Position numbers and translations under genes: made by a program
Assembly (NCBI RefSeq): GCF_009914755.1
Contig: NC_060925.1
Source: the human T2T-CHM13v2.0 reference genome, Homo sapiens
Strand: one strand, 5' to 3'
DNA length: 64,000 bases
Notes under the pieces: model-generated
The model's input: only the letters and a program-made list of their open reading frames with translations
Databases searched by the model: none
What the model was told of the DNA's origin: nothing
In this document: piece by piece, positions 43,001-56,138 of the stretch
How positions within the stretch are numbered: position 1 is the first letter of the stretch
Layout of the letters: every line of letters begins with the position of its first letter

Positions 43001-46000
43001 ATCAAATGGAATTCAAAGGAATCATCATCAAATGGAACCGAATGGAATCCTCATTGAATGGAAATGAAAGGGGTCATCATCTAATGGAATCGCATGGAAT
43101 CATCATCAAATGGAATCGAATGGAATCATCATCAAATGGAATCTAATGGAATCATTGAACAGAATTGAATGGAATGGTCATCGAATGAATTGAATGCAAT
43201 CATCGAATGGTCTCGAATGGAATCATCTTCTAATGGAAAGGAATGGAATCATCGCATAGAATCGATTGGAATTATCATCGAATGGAATCGAATGGTATCA
43301 ACACCAAACGGAAAAAAACGGAATTATCGAATGGAATCGAAGAGAATCTTCGAACGGACCCGAATGGAATCATCTAATGGAATGGAATGGAATAATCCAT
43401 GGACTCGAATGCAATCATCATCGAATGGAATCGAATGGAATCATCGAATGGACTCGAATGGAATAATCATTGAACGGAATCGAATGGAATCATCATCGGA
43501 TGGAAACGAATGGAATCATCATCGAATGGAAATGAAAGGAGTCATCATCTAATGGAATTGCATGGAATCATCATAAAATGGAATCGAATGGAATCAACAT
43601 CAAATGGAATCAAATGGAATCATTGAACGGAATTGAATGGAATCGTCATCGAATGAATTGACTGCAATCATCCAATGGTCTCGGAATCATCTTCAAATGG
43701 AATGGAATGGAATCATCGCATAGAATCGAATGGAATTATCATCGAATGGAATGGAATGGAATCAACATCAAACGGAAAAAAACGGAATTATCGAATGGAA
43801 TCGAAGAGAATCATCGAATGGACCCGAATGGAATCATCTAATGGAATGGAATGGAATAATCCATGGACTCGAATGCAATCATCATCGAATGGAATCGAAT
43901 GGAATCATCGAATGGACTCGAATGGAATAATCATTGAACGGAATCGAATGGAATCATCATCGGATGGAAATGAATGGAATCATCATCGAATGGAATCGAA
44001 TAGAATTATGGAATGAAATCCAGTGTGATCATCATCGAATGGACCCGAATGGAATCATCATCCAACGGAAGCTAATGGAATCAACATCGAATGAATCGAA
44101 TGGAAACACCATCGAATTGAAACGAATGGAATTATCATGAAATTGAAATGGATGGACTCATCATCGAATGGATTCGAATGGAATCATCGAATAAAATTGA
44201 TTGAAATCATCATCGAATGGAATCGAATGGTATCATTGAATGGAATCGAATGGAATCATCATCAGATGGAAATGAATGGAATCGTCATAGAATGGAATCG
44301 AATGGATTCATTGAATGGAATCAGATGGAATCATCGAATGGACTGGAATGGAATCATTGAATGGACTCGAAAGGGATCATGATTGAATGGAATTGAATGG
44401 AATCATCGAATGGTCTCGATTGGAATCATTATCAAATGGAATCGAATGGAATCACCGAATAGAATCGAATGGAACAATCATCGAATGGACTCAAATGGAA
44501 TTATCCTCAAATGGAATCGAATGGAATTATCGAATGCAATCGAATGGAATTATCGAATGCAATCGAATAGAATCATCGAATGGACTCGAATGGAATCATC
44601 GAATGGAATGGAATGGAACAGTCAATGAACTCGAATGGAATCATCATTGAATGGAATCGAATGGAATCATCGAGTGGAATCGAATGGAATTATGATCAAA
44701 TGGAATCGAATGTAATCATCATCAAATGGAATCAAAAATAACCATCATCAATTGGTATTGAATGGAATTGTCATCAAATGGAATTCAAAGGAATCATCAT
44801 CAAATGGAACCGAATGGAATCCTCATTGAATGGAAATGAAAGGGGTCATCATCTAATGGAATCGCATGGAATCATCACCAAATGGAATCGAATGGAATCA
44901 TCATCAAATGGAATCTAATGGAATCATTGAACAGAATTGAATGGAATCGTCATCAAATGATTTGAATGCAATCATCGAATGGTCTCGAATGGAATCATCT
45001 TCTAATGGAAAGGAATGGAATCATCGCATAGAATCGAATGGAATTATCATCGAATGGAATCGAATGGTATCAACACCAAACGGAAAAAAACGGAATTATC
45101 AAATGGAATCGAAGAGAATCTTCGAACGGACCCGAATGGAATCATCTAATGGAATGGAATGGAATAATCCATGGACTCGAATGCAATCATCATCGAATGG
45201 AATCGAATGGAATCATCGAATGGACTCGAATGGAATAATCATTGAACGGAATCGAATGGAATCATCATCGGATGGAAACGAATGGAATCATCATCGAATG
45301 GAAATGAAAGGAGTCATCATCTAATGCAATTGCATGGAATCATCATCAAATGGAATCGAATGGAATCAACATCAAATGGAATCTAATGGAATCATTGAAC
45401 AGAATTGAATGGAATCGTCATCGAATGAATTGACTGCAATCATCGAATGGTCTCGAATGGAATCATCTTCAAATGGAATGGAATGGAATCATCGCATAGA
45501 ATCGAATGGAATTATCATCGAATGGAATCGAATGGAATCAACATCAAACGGAAAAAAACGGAATTATCGAATGGAATCGAAGAGAATCATCGAATGGACC
45601 CGAATGGAATCATCTAATGGAATGGAATGGAATAATCCATGGACTCGAATGCAATCATCATCGAATGGAATCGAATGGAATCATCGAATGGACTCGAATG
45701 GAATAATCATTGAACGGAATCGAATGGAATCATCATCAGATGGAAATGAATGGAATCATCATCGAATGGAATCGAATAGAATTATGGAATGAAATCCAGT
45801 GTGATCATCATCGAATGGACCCGAATGGAATCATCATCCAAAGGAAGCTAATGGAATCAACATCGAATGAATCAAATGGAAACACCATCGAATAGAAACG
45901 AATGGAATTATCATGAAATTGAAATGGATGGACTCATCATCGAATGGATTCGAATGGAATCATCGAATAAAATTGATTGAAATCATCATCGAATGGAATC

Positions 46001-46716
46001 GAATGGTATCATTGAATGGAATCGAATGGAATCATCATCAGATGGAAATGAATGGAATCGTCATAGAATGGAATCGAATGGATTCATTGAATGGAATCAG
46101 ATGGAATCATCGAATGGACTGGAATGGAATCATTGAATGGACTCGAAAGGGATCATGATTGAATGGAATTGAATGGAATCATCGAATGGTCTCGATTGGA
46201 ATCATTATCAAATGGAATCGAATGGAATCACCGAATAGAATCGAATGGAACAATCATCGAATGGACTCAAATGGAATTATCCTCAAATGGAATCGAATGG
46301 AATTATCGAATGCAATCGAATGGAATTATCGAATGCAATCGAATAGAATGATCGAATGGACTCGAATGGAATCATCGAATGGAATGCAATGGAACAGTCA
46401 ATGAACTCGAATGGAATCATCATTGAATGGAATCGAATGGAATCATCGATTGGAATCGAATGGAATTATGATCAAATGGAATCGAATGTAATCCTCATCA
46501 AATGGAATCAAAAATAACCATCATCAATTGGTATTGAATGGAATTGTCATCAAATGGAATTCAAAGGAATCATCATCAAATGGAACCGAATGGAATCCTC
46601 ATTGAATGGAAATGAAAGGGGTCATCATCTAATGGAATCGCATGGAATCATCATCAAATGGAATCGAATGGAATCATCATCAAATGGAATCTAATGGAAT
46701 CATTGAACAGAATTGA

Positions 46717-47849
46717 ATGGAATCGTCATCGAATGAATTGAATGCAATCATCGAATGGTCTCGAATGGAATCATCTTCTAATGGAAAGGAATGGAATCAT
46801 CGCATAGAATCGAATGGAATTATCATCGAATGGAATCGAATGGTATCAACACCAAACGGAAAAAAACGGAATTATCGAATGGAATCGAAGAGAATCTTCG
46901 AACGGACCCGAATGGAATCATCTAATGGAATGGAATGGAATAATCCATGGACTCGAATGCAATCATCATCGAATGGAATCGAATGGAATCATCGAATGGA
47001 CTCGAATGGAATAATCATTGAACGGAATCCAATGGAATCATCATCGGATGGAAACGAATGGAATCATCATCGAATGGAAATGAAAGGAGTCATCATCTAA
47101 TGGAATTGCATGGAATCATCATAAAATGGAATCGAATGGTATCATTGAATGGAATCGAATGGAATCATCATCAGATGGAAATGAATGGAATCGTCATAGA
47201 ATGGAATCGAATGGATTCATTGAATGGAATCAGATGGAATCATCGAATGGACTGGAATGGAATCATTGAATGGACTCGAAAGGGATCATGATTGAATGGA
47301 ATTGAATGGAATCATCGAATGGTCTCGATTGGAATCATTATCAAATGGAATCGAATGGAATCACCGAATAGAATCGAATGGAACAATCATCGAATGGACT
47401 CAAATGGAATTATCCTCCAATGGAATGGAATGGAATTATCGAATGCAATCGAATGGAATTATCGAATGCAATCGAATAGAATCATCGAATGGACTCGAAT
47501 GGAATCATCGAATGGAATGGAATGGAACAGTCAATGAACTCGAATGGAATCATCATTGAATGGAATCGAATGGAATCATCGAGTGGAATCGAATGGAATT
47601 ATGATCAAATGGAATCGAATGTAATCATCATCAAATGGAATCAAAAATAACCATCATCAATTGGTATTGAATGGAATTGTCATCAAATGGAATTCAAAGG
47701 AATCATCATCAAATGGAACCGAATGGAATCCTCATTGAATGGAAATGAAAGGGGTCATCATCTAATGGAATCGCATGGAATCATCATCAAATGGAATCGA
47801 ATGGAATCATCATCAAATGGAATCTAATGGAATCATTGAACAGAATTGA
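46717..47849 (+). repeat. 1133-bp unit with a 643-bp deletion removing the B head and early tail
   Basis: A 46717 to A 47850 is 1133 bp. Junction CATAAAATGGAATCGAATGG|TATCATTG at ~47120-47147. Confidence 0.9.
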
Positions 47850-50800
47850 ATGGAATCGTCATCGAATGAATTGAATGCAATCATCGAATGGTCTCGAATG
47901 GAATCATCTTCTAATGGAAAGGAATGGAATCATCGCATAGAATCGAATGGAATTATCATCGAATGGAATCGAATGGTATCAACACCAAACGGAAAAAAAC
48001 GGAATTATCGAATGGAATCGAAGAGAATCTTCGAACGGACCCGAATGGAATCATCTAATGGAATGGAATGGAATAATCCATGGACTCGAATGCAATCATC
48101 ATCGAATGGAATCGAATGGAATCATCGAATGGACTCGAATGGAATAATCATTGAACGGAATCGATTGGAATCATCATCGGATGGAAACGAATGGAATCAT
48201 CATCGAATGGAAATGAAAGGAGTCATCATCTAATGGAATTGCATGGAATCATCATAAAATGGAATCGAATGGAATCAACATCAAATGGAATCAAATGGAA
48301 TCATTGAACGGAATTGAATGGAATCGTCATCGAATGAATTGACTGCAATCATCCAATGGTCTCGAATGGAATCATCTTCAAATGGAATGGAATGGAATCA
48401 TCGCATAGAATCGAATGGAATTATCATCGAATGGAATCGAATGGAATCAACATCCAACGGAAAAAAACGGAATTATCGAATGGAATCGAAGAGAATCATC
48501 GAATGGACCCGAATGGAATCATGTAATGGAATGGAATGGAATAATCCATGGACTCGAATGCAATCATCATCGAATGGAATCGAATGGAATCATCGAATGG
48601 ACTCGTATGGAATAATCATTGAACGGAATCGAATGGAATCATCATCGGATGGAAATGAATGGAATCATCATCGAATGGAATCGAATAGAATTATGGAATG
48701 AAATCCAGTGTGATCATCATCGAATGGACCCGAATGGAATCATCATCCAACGGAAGCTAATGGAATCAACATCGAATGAATCAAATGGAAACACCATCGA
48801 ATTGAAACGAATGGAATTACCATGAAATTGAAATGGATGGACTCATCATCGAATGGATTAATGGAATCATCGAATAAAATTGATTGAAATCATCATCGAA
48901 TGGAATCGAATGGTATCATTGAATGGAATCGAATGGAATCATCATCAGATGGAAATGAATGGAATCGTCATAGAATGGAATCGAATGGATTCATTGAATG
49001 GAATCAGATGGAATCATCGAATGGACTGGAATGGAATCATTGAATGGACTCGAAAGGGATCATGATTGAATGGAATTGAATGGAATCATCGAATGGTCTC
49101 GAGTGGAATCATTATCAAATGGAATCGAATGGAATCACCGAATAGAATCGAATGGAACAATCATCGAATGGACTCAAATGGAATTATCCTCCAATGGAAT
49201 CGAATGGAATTATCGAATGCAATCGAATGGAATTATCGAATGCAATCGAATAGAATCATCGAATGGACTCGAATGGAATCATCGAATGGAATGGAATGGA
49301 ACAGTCAATGAACTCGAATGGAATCATCATTGAATGGAATCGAATGGAATCATCGAGTGGAATCGAATGGAATTATGATCAAATGGAATCGAATCTAATC
49401 ATCATCAAATGGAATCAAAAATAACCATCATCAATTGGTATTGAATGGAATTGTCATCAAATGGAATTCAAAGGAATCATCATCAAATGGAACCGAATGG
49501 AATCCTCATTGAATGGAAATGAAAGGGGTCATCATCTAATGGAATCGCATGGAATCATCATCAAATGGAATCGAATGGAATCATCATCAAATGGAATCTA
49601 ATGGAATCATTGAACAGAATTGAATGGAATCGTCATCGAATGAATTGAATGCAATCATCGAATGGTCTCGAATGGAATCATCTTCTAATGGAAAGGAATG
49701 GAATCATCGCATAGAATCGAATGGAATTATCATCGAATGGAATCGAATGGTATCAACACCAAACGGAAAAAAACGGAATTATCAAATGGAATCGAAGAGA
49801 ATCTTCGAACGGACCCGAATGGAATCATCTAATGGAATGGAATGGAATAATCCATGGACTCGAATGCAATCATCATCGAATGGAATCGAATGGAATCATC
49901 GAATGGACTCGAATGGAATAATCATTGAACGGAATCGAATGGAATCATCATCGGATGGAAACGAATGGAATCATCATCGAATGGAAATGAAAGGAGTCAT
50001 CATCTAATGGAATTGCATGGAATCATCATAAAATGGAATCGAATGGAATCAACATCAAATGGAATCAAATGGAATCATTGAACGGAATTGAATGGAATCG
50101 TCATCGAATGAATTGACTGCAATCATCCAATGGTCTCGAATGGAATCATCTTCAAATGGAATGGAATGGAATCATCGCATAGAATCGAATGGAATTATCA
50201 TCGAATGGAATCGAATGGAATCAACATCAAACGGAAAAAAACGGAATTATCGAATGGAATCGAAGAGAATCATCGAATGGACCCGAATGGAATCATCTAA
50301 TGGAATGGAATGGAATAATCCATGGACTCGAATGCAATCATCATCGAATGGAATCGAATGGAATCATCGAATGGACTCGAATGGAATAATCATTGAACGG
50401 AATCGAATGGAATCATCATCGGATGGAAATGAATGGAATCATCATCGAATGGAATCGAATAGAATTATGGAATGAAATCCAGTGTGATCATCATCGAATG
50501 GACCCGAATGGAATCATCATCCAACGGAAGCTAATGGAATCAACATCGAATGAATCAAATGGAAACACCATCGAATTGAAACGAATGGAATTATCATGAA
50601 ATTGAAATGGATGGACTCATCATCGAATGGATTCGAATGGAATCATCGAATAAAATTGATTGAAATCATCATCGAATGGAATCGAATGGTATCATTGAAT
50701 GGAATCGAATGGAATCATCATCAGATGGAAATGAATGGAATCGTCATAGAATGGAATCGAATGGATTCATTGAATGGAATCAGATGGAATCATCGAATGG

Positions 50801-53175
50801 ACTGGAATGGAATCATTGAATGGACTCGAAAGGGATCATGATTGAATGGAATTGAATGGAATCATCGAATGGTCTCGATTGGAATCATTACCAAATGGAA
50901 TCGAATGGAATCACCGAATAGAATCGAATGGAACAATCATCGAATGGACTCAAATGGAATTATCCTCCAATGGAATGGAATGGAATTATCGAATGCAATC
51001 GAATGGAATTATCGAATGCAATCGAATAGAATCATCGAATGGACTCGAATGGAATCATCGAATGGAATGGAATGGAACAGTCAATGAACTCGAATGGAAT
51101 CATCATTGAATGGAATCGAATGGAATCATCGAGTGGAATCGAATGGAATTATGATCAAATGGAATCGAATGTAATCATCATCAAATGGAATCAAAAATAA
51201 CCATCATCAATTGGTATTGAATGGAATTGTCATCAAATGGAATTCAAAGGAATCATCATCAAATGGAACCGAATGGAATCCTCATTGAATGGAAATGAAA
51301 GGGGTCATCATCTAATGGAATCGCATGGAATCATCATCAAATGGAATCGAATGGAATCACCATCAAATGGAATCTAATGGAATCATTGAACAGAATTGAA
51401 TGGAATCGTCATCGAATGAATTGAATGCAATCATCGAATGGTCTCGAATGGATTCATCTTCTAATGGAAAGGAATGGAATCATCGCATAGAATCGAATGG
51501 AATTATCATCGAATGGAATCGAATGGTATCAACACCAAACGGAAAAAAACGGAATTATCGAATGGAATCGAAGAGAATCTTCGAACGGACCCGAATGGAA
51601 TCATCTAATGGAATGGAATGGAATAATCCATGGACTCGAATGCAATCATCATCGAATGGAATCGAATGGAATCATCGAATGGACTCGAATGGAATAATCA
51701 TTGAACGGAATCGATTGGAATCATCATCGGATGGAAACGAATGGAATCATCATCGAATGGAAATGAAAGGAGTCATCATCTAATGGAATTGCATGGAATC
51801 ATCATAAAATGGAATCGAATGGAATCAACATCAAATGGAATCAAATGGAATCATTGAACGGAATTGAATGGAATCGTCATCGAATGAATTGACTGCAATC
51901 ATCCAATGGTCTCGAATGGAATCATCTTCAAATGGAATGGAATGGAATCATCGCATAGAATCGAATGGAATTATCATCGAATGGAATCGAATGGAATCAA
52001 CATCCAACGGAAAAAAACGGAATTATCGAATGGAATCGAAGAGAATCATCGAATGGACCCGAATGGAATCATGTAATGGAATGGAATGGAATAATCCATG
52101 GACTCGAATGCAATCATCATCGAATGGAATCGAATGGAATCATCGAATGGACTCGAATGGAATAATCATTGAACGGAATCGAATGGAATCATCATCGGAT
52201 GGAAATGAATGGAATCATCATCGAATGGAATCGAATAGAATTATGGAATGAAATCCAGTGTGATCATCATCGAATGGACCCGAATGGAATCATCATCCAA
52301 CGGAAGCTAATGGAATCAACATCGAATGAATCAAATGGAAACACCATCGAATTGAAACGAATGGAATTATCATGAAATTGAAATGGATGGACTCATCATC
52401 GAATGGATTCGAATGGAATCATCGAATAAAATTGATTGAAATCATCATCGAATGGAATCGAATGGTATCATTGAATGGAATCGAATGGAATCATCATCAG
52501 ATGGAAATGAATGGAATCGTCATAGAATGGAATCGAATGGATTCATTGAATGGAATCAGATGGAATCATCGAATGGACTGGAATGGAATCATTGAATGGA
52601 CTCGATAGGGATCATTATTGAATGGAATTGAATGGAATCATCGAATGGTCTCGATTGGAATCATTATCAAATGGAATCGAATGGAATCACCGAATAGAAT
52701 CGAATGGAACAATCATCGAATGGACTCAAATGGAATTATCCTCAAATGGAATCGAATGGAATTATCGAATGCAATCGAATGGAATTATCGAATGCAATCG
52801 AATAGAATCATCGAATGGACTCGAATGGAATCATCGAATAGAATGGAATGGAACAGTCAATGAACTCGAATGGAATCATCATTGAATGGAATCGAATGGA
52901 ATCATCGAGTGGAATCGAATGGAATTATGATCAAATGGAATCGAATGTAATCATCATCAAATGGAATCAAAAATAACCATCATCAATTGGTATTGAATGG
53001 AATTGTCATCAAATGGAATTCAAAGGAATCATCATCAAATGGAACCGAATGGAATCCTCATTGAATGGAAATGAAAGGGGTCATCATCTAATGGAATCGC
53101 ATGGAATCATCATAAAATGGAATCGAATGGAATCAACATCAAATGGAATCAAATGGAATCATTGAACGGAATTGA

Positions 53176-53770
53176 ATGGAATCGTCATCGAATGAATTGG
53201 ATGCAATCATCGAATGGTCTCGAATGGAATCTTCTTCAAATGGAATGGAATGGAATCATCGCATAGAATCGAATGGAATTATCATCGAATGGAATCGAAT
53301 GGAATCAACATCAAACGGAAAAAAACGGAATTATCGAATGGAATCGAAGAGAATCATCGAATGGACCCGAATGGAATCATCTAATGGAATGGAATGGAAT
53401 AATCCATGGACTCGAATGCAATCATCATCGAATGGAATCGAATGGAATCATCGAATGAACTCGAATGGAATCATCATTGAATGGAATCGAATGGAATCAT
53501 CGAGTGGAATCGAATGGAATTATGATCAAATGGAATCGAATGTAATCATCATCAAATGGAATCAAAAATAACCATCATCAATTGGTATTCAATGGAATTG
53601 TCATCAAATGGAATTCAAAGGAATCATCATCAAATGGAACCGAATGGAATCCTCATTGAATGGAAATGAAAGGGGTCATCATCTAATGGAATCACATGGA
53701 ATCATCATCAAATGGAATCGAATGGAATCTTCATCAAATGGAATCTAATGGAATCATTGAACAGAATTGA
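53176..53770 (+). repeat. 595-bp minimal unit: B-type head with the 713-bp deletion junction and no preceding A subunit
   Basis: Landmarks at 53176 and 53771. GAATTGGATGC and TCTTCTTC markers in the head. S-type junction at 53455. Confidence 0.85.
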
Positions 53771-55055
53771 ATGGAATCGTCATCGAATGAATTGAATGCA
53801 ATCATCGAATGGTCTCGAATGGAATCATCTTCTAATGGAAAGGAATGGAAACATCGCATAGAATCGAATGGAATTATCATCGAATGGAATCGAATGGTAT
53901 CAACATCAAACGGAAAAAAACGGAATTATCGAAAGGAATCGAAGAGAATCTTCGAACGGACCCGAATGGAATCATCTAATGGAATGGAATGGAATAATCC
54001 ATGGACTCGAATGCAATCATCATCGAATGGAATCGAATGGAATCATCGAATGGACTCGAATGGAATAATCATTGAACGGAATCGAATGGAATCATCATCG
54101 GATGGAAATGAATGGAATCATCATCGAATGGAATCGAATAGAATTATGGAATGAAATCCAGTGTGATCATCATCGAATGGACCCGAATGGAATCATCATC
54201 CAACAGAAGCTAATGGAATCAACATCGAATGAATCGAATGGAAACACCATCGAATTCAAACGAATGGAATTACCATGAAATTGAAATGGATGGACTCATC
54301 ATCGAATGGATTCGGATGGAATCATCGAATAAAATTGATTGAAATCATCATCGAATGAAATCGAATGGTATCATTGAATGGAATCGAATGGAATCATCAT
54401 CAGATGGAAATGAATGGAATCGTCATAGAATGGAATCGAATGGATTCATTGAATGGAATCAGATGGAATCATCGAATGGACTGGAATGGAATCATTGAAT
54501 GGACTCGAAAGGGATCATGATTGAATGGAATTGAATGGAATCATCGAATGGTCTCGATTGGAATCATTATTAAATGGAATCGAATGGAATCACCGAATAG
54601 AATCGAATGGAACAATCATCGAATGGACTCAAATGGAATTATCCTTAAATGGAATCGAATGGAATTATCGAATGCAATCGAATAGAATCATCGAATGGAC
54701 TCGAATGGAATCATCGAATGGAATGGAATGGAACAGTCAATGAACTCGAATGGAATCATCATTGAATGGAATCGAATGGAATCATCGAGTGGAATCGAAT
54801 GGAATTATGATCAAATGGAATCGAATCTAATCATCATCAAATGGAATCAAAAATAACCATCATCAATTGGTATTGAATGGAATTGTCATCAAATGGAATT
54901 CAAAGGAATCATCATCAAATGGAACCGAATGGAATCCTCATTGAATGGAAATGAAAGGGGTCATCATCTAATGGAATCGCATGGAATCATCATCAAATGG
55001 AATCGAATGGAATCATCATCAAATGGAATCTAATGGAATCATTGAACAGAATTGA
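53771..55055 (+). repeat. 1285-bp A/B hybrid unit with 23-bp deletion, copy 2
   Basis: Same structure and private SNVs as 37717-39001 (CAACAGAAGC, GAATTCAAACG, TTCGGATGG, ATGAAATCG, TTATTAAATG), offset 16054. Confidence 0.9.
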
Positions 55056-55523
55056 ATGGAATCGTCATCGAATGAATTGAATGCAATCATCGAATGGTCT
55101 CGAATGGAATCATCTTCTAATGGAAAGGAATGGAATCATCGCTTAGAATCGAATGGAATTATCATCGAATGGAATCGAATGGTATCAACACCAAACGGAA
55201 AAAAACGGAATTATCGAATGGAATCGAAGAGAATCTTCGAACGGACCCGAATGGAATCATCTAATGGAATGGAATGGAATAATCCATGGACTCGAATGCA
55301 ATCATCATCGAATGGAATCGAATGGAATCATCGAATGGACTCGAATGGAATAATCATTGAACGGAATCGAATGGAATCATCATCGGATGGAAACGAATGG
55401 AATCATCATCGAATGGAAATGAAAGGAGTCATCATCTAATGGAATTGCATGGAATCATCATAAAATGGAATCGAATGGAATCAACATCAAATGGAATCAA
55501 ATGGAATCATTGAACGGAATTGA

Positions 55524-56138
55524 ATGGAATCGTCATCGAATGAATTGACTGCAATCATCGAATGGTCTCGAATGTAATCACATTCTAATGGAAAGGAATG
55601 GAATCATTGCATAGAATCGAATGGAATTAACATTGAATGGACTCGAATGGAATCAACATCAAACGGAATCAAGCGGAATTATCGAATGGAATCGAAGAGA
55701 ATCATCGAATGGTCTCGAATGGAATCATCTTCTAATGGAAAGGAATGGAATCATCGCATAGAATCGAATGGAATTAACATTGAATGGACTCGAATGGAAT
55801 CAACATCAAATGGAATCAAGCGGAATTATCGAATGAAATCGAAGAGAATCATCGAATGGACTCGAATGGAATCATCTAATGGAATGGAATGGAATAATCC
55901 ACGGACTCGAATGCAATCATCATCGTATAGAATCGAATGGAATCATCGAATGGACTCGAATGGAATAATCATTGAACGGAAGCGAATGGAATCATCATCG
56001 GATGGAAACGAATGGAATCATCATCGAATGGAAATGAAAGGAGTCATCATCTAATGGAATTGCATGGAATCATCATAAAATGGAATCGAATGGAATCAAA
56101 ATCAAATGGAATCAAATGGAATCATTGAACGGAATTGA
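55524..56138 (+). repeat. Divergent 615-bp subunit C with 147-bp duplication, copy 2
   Basis: Near-identical to 39470-40084 at offset 16054. Confidence 0.9.

Noticed and set aside
43675-43690. 4-bp deletion (GGTCTCGGAATC) creating a new ORF start
   Set aside because: It is an isolated small indel or a sequencing error in satellite DNA, with no functional implication.
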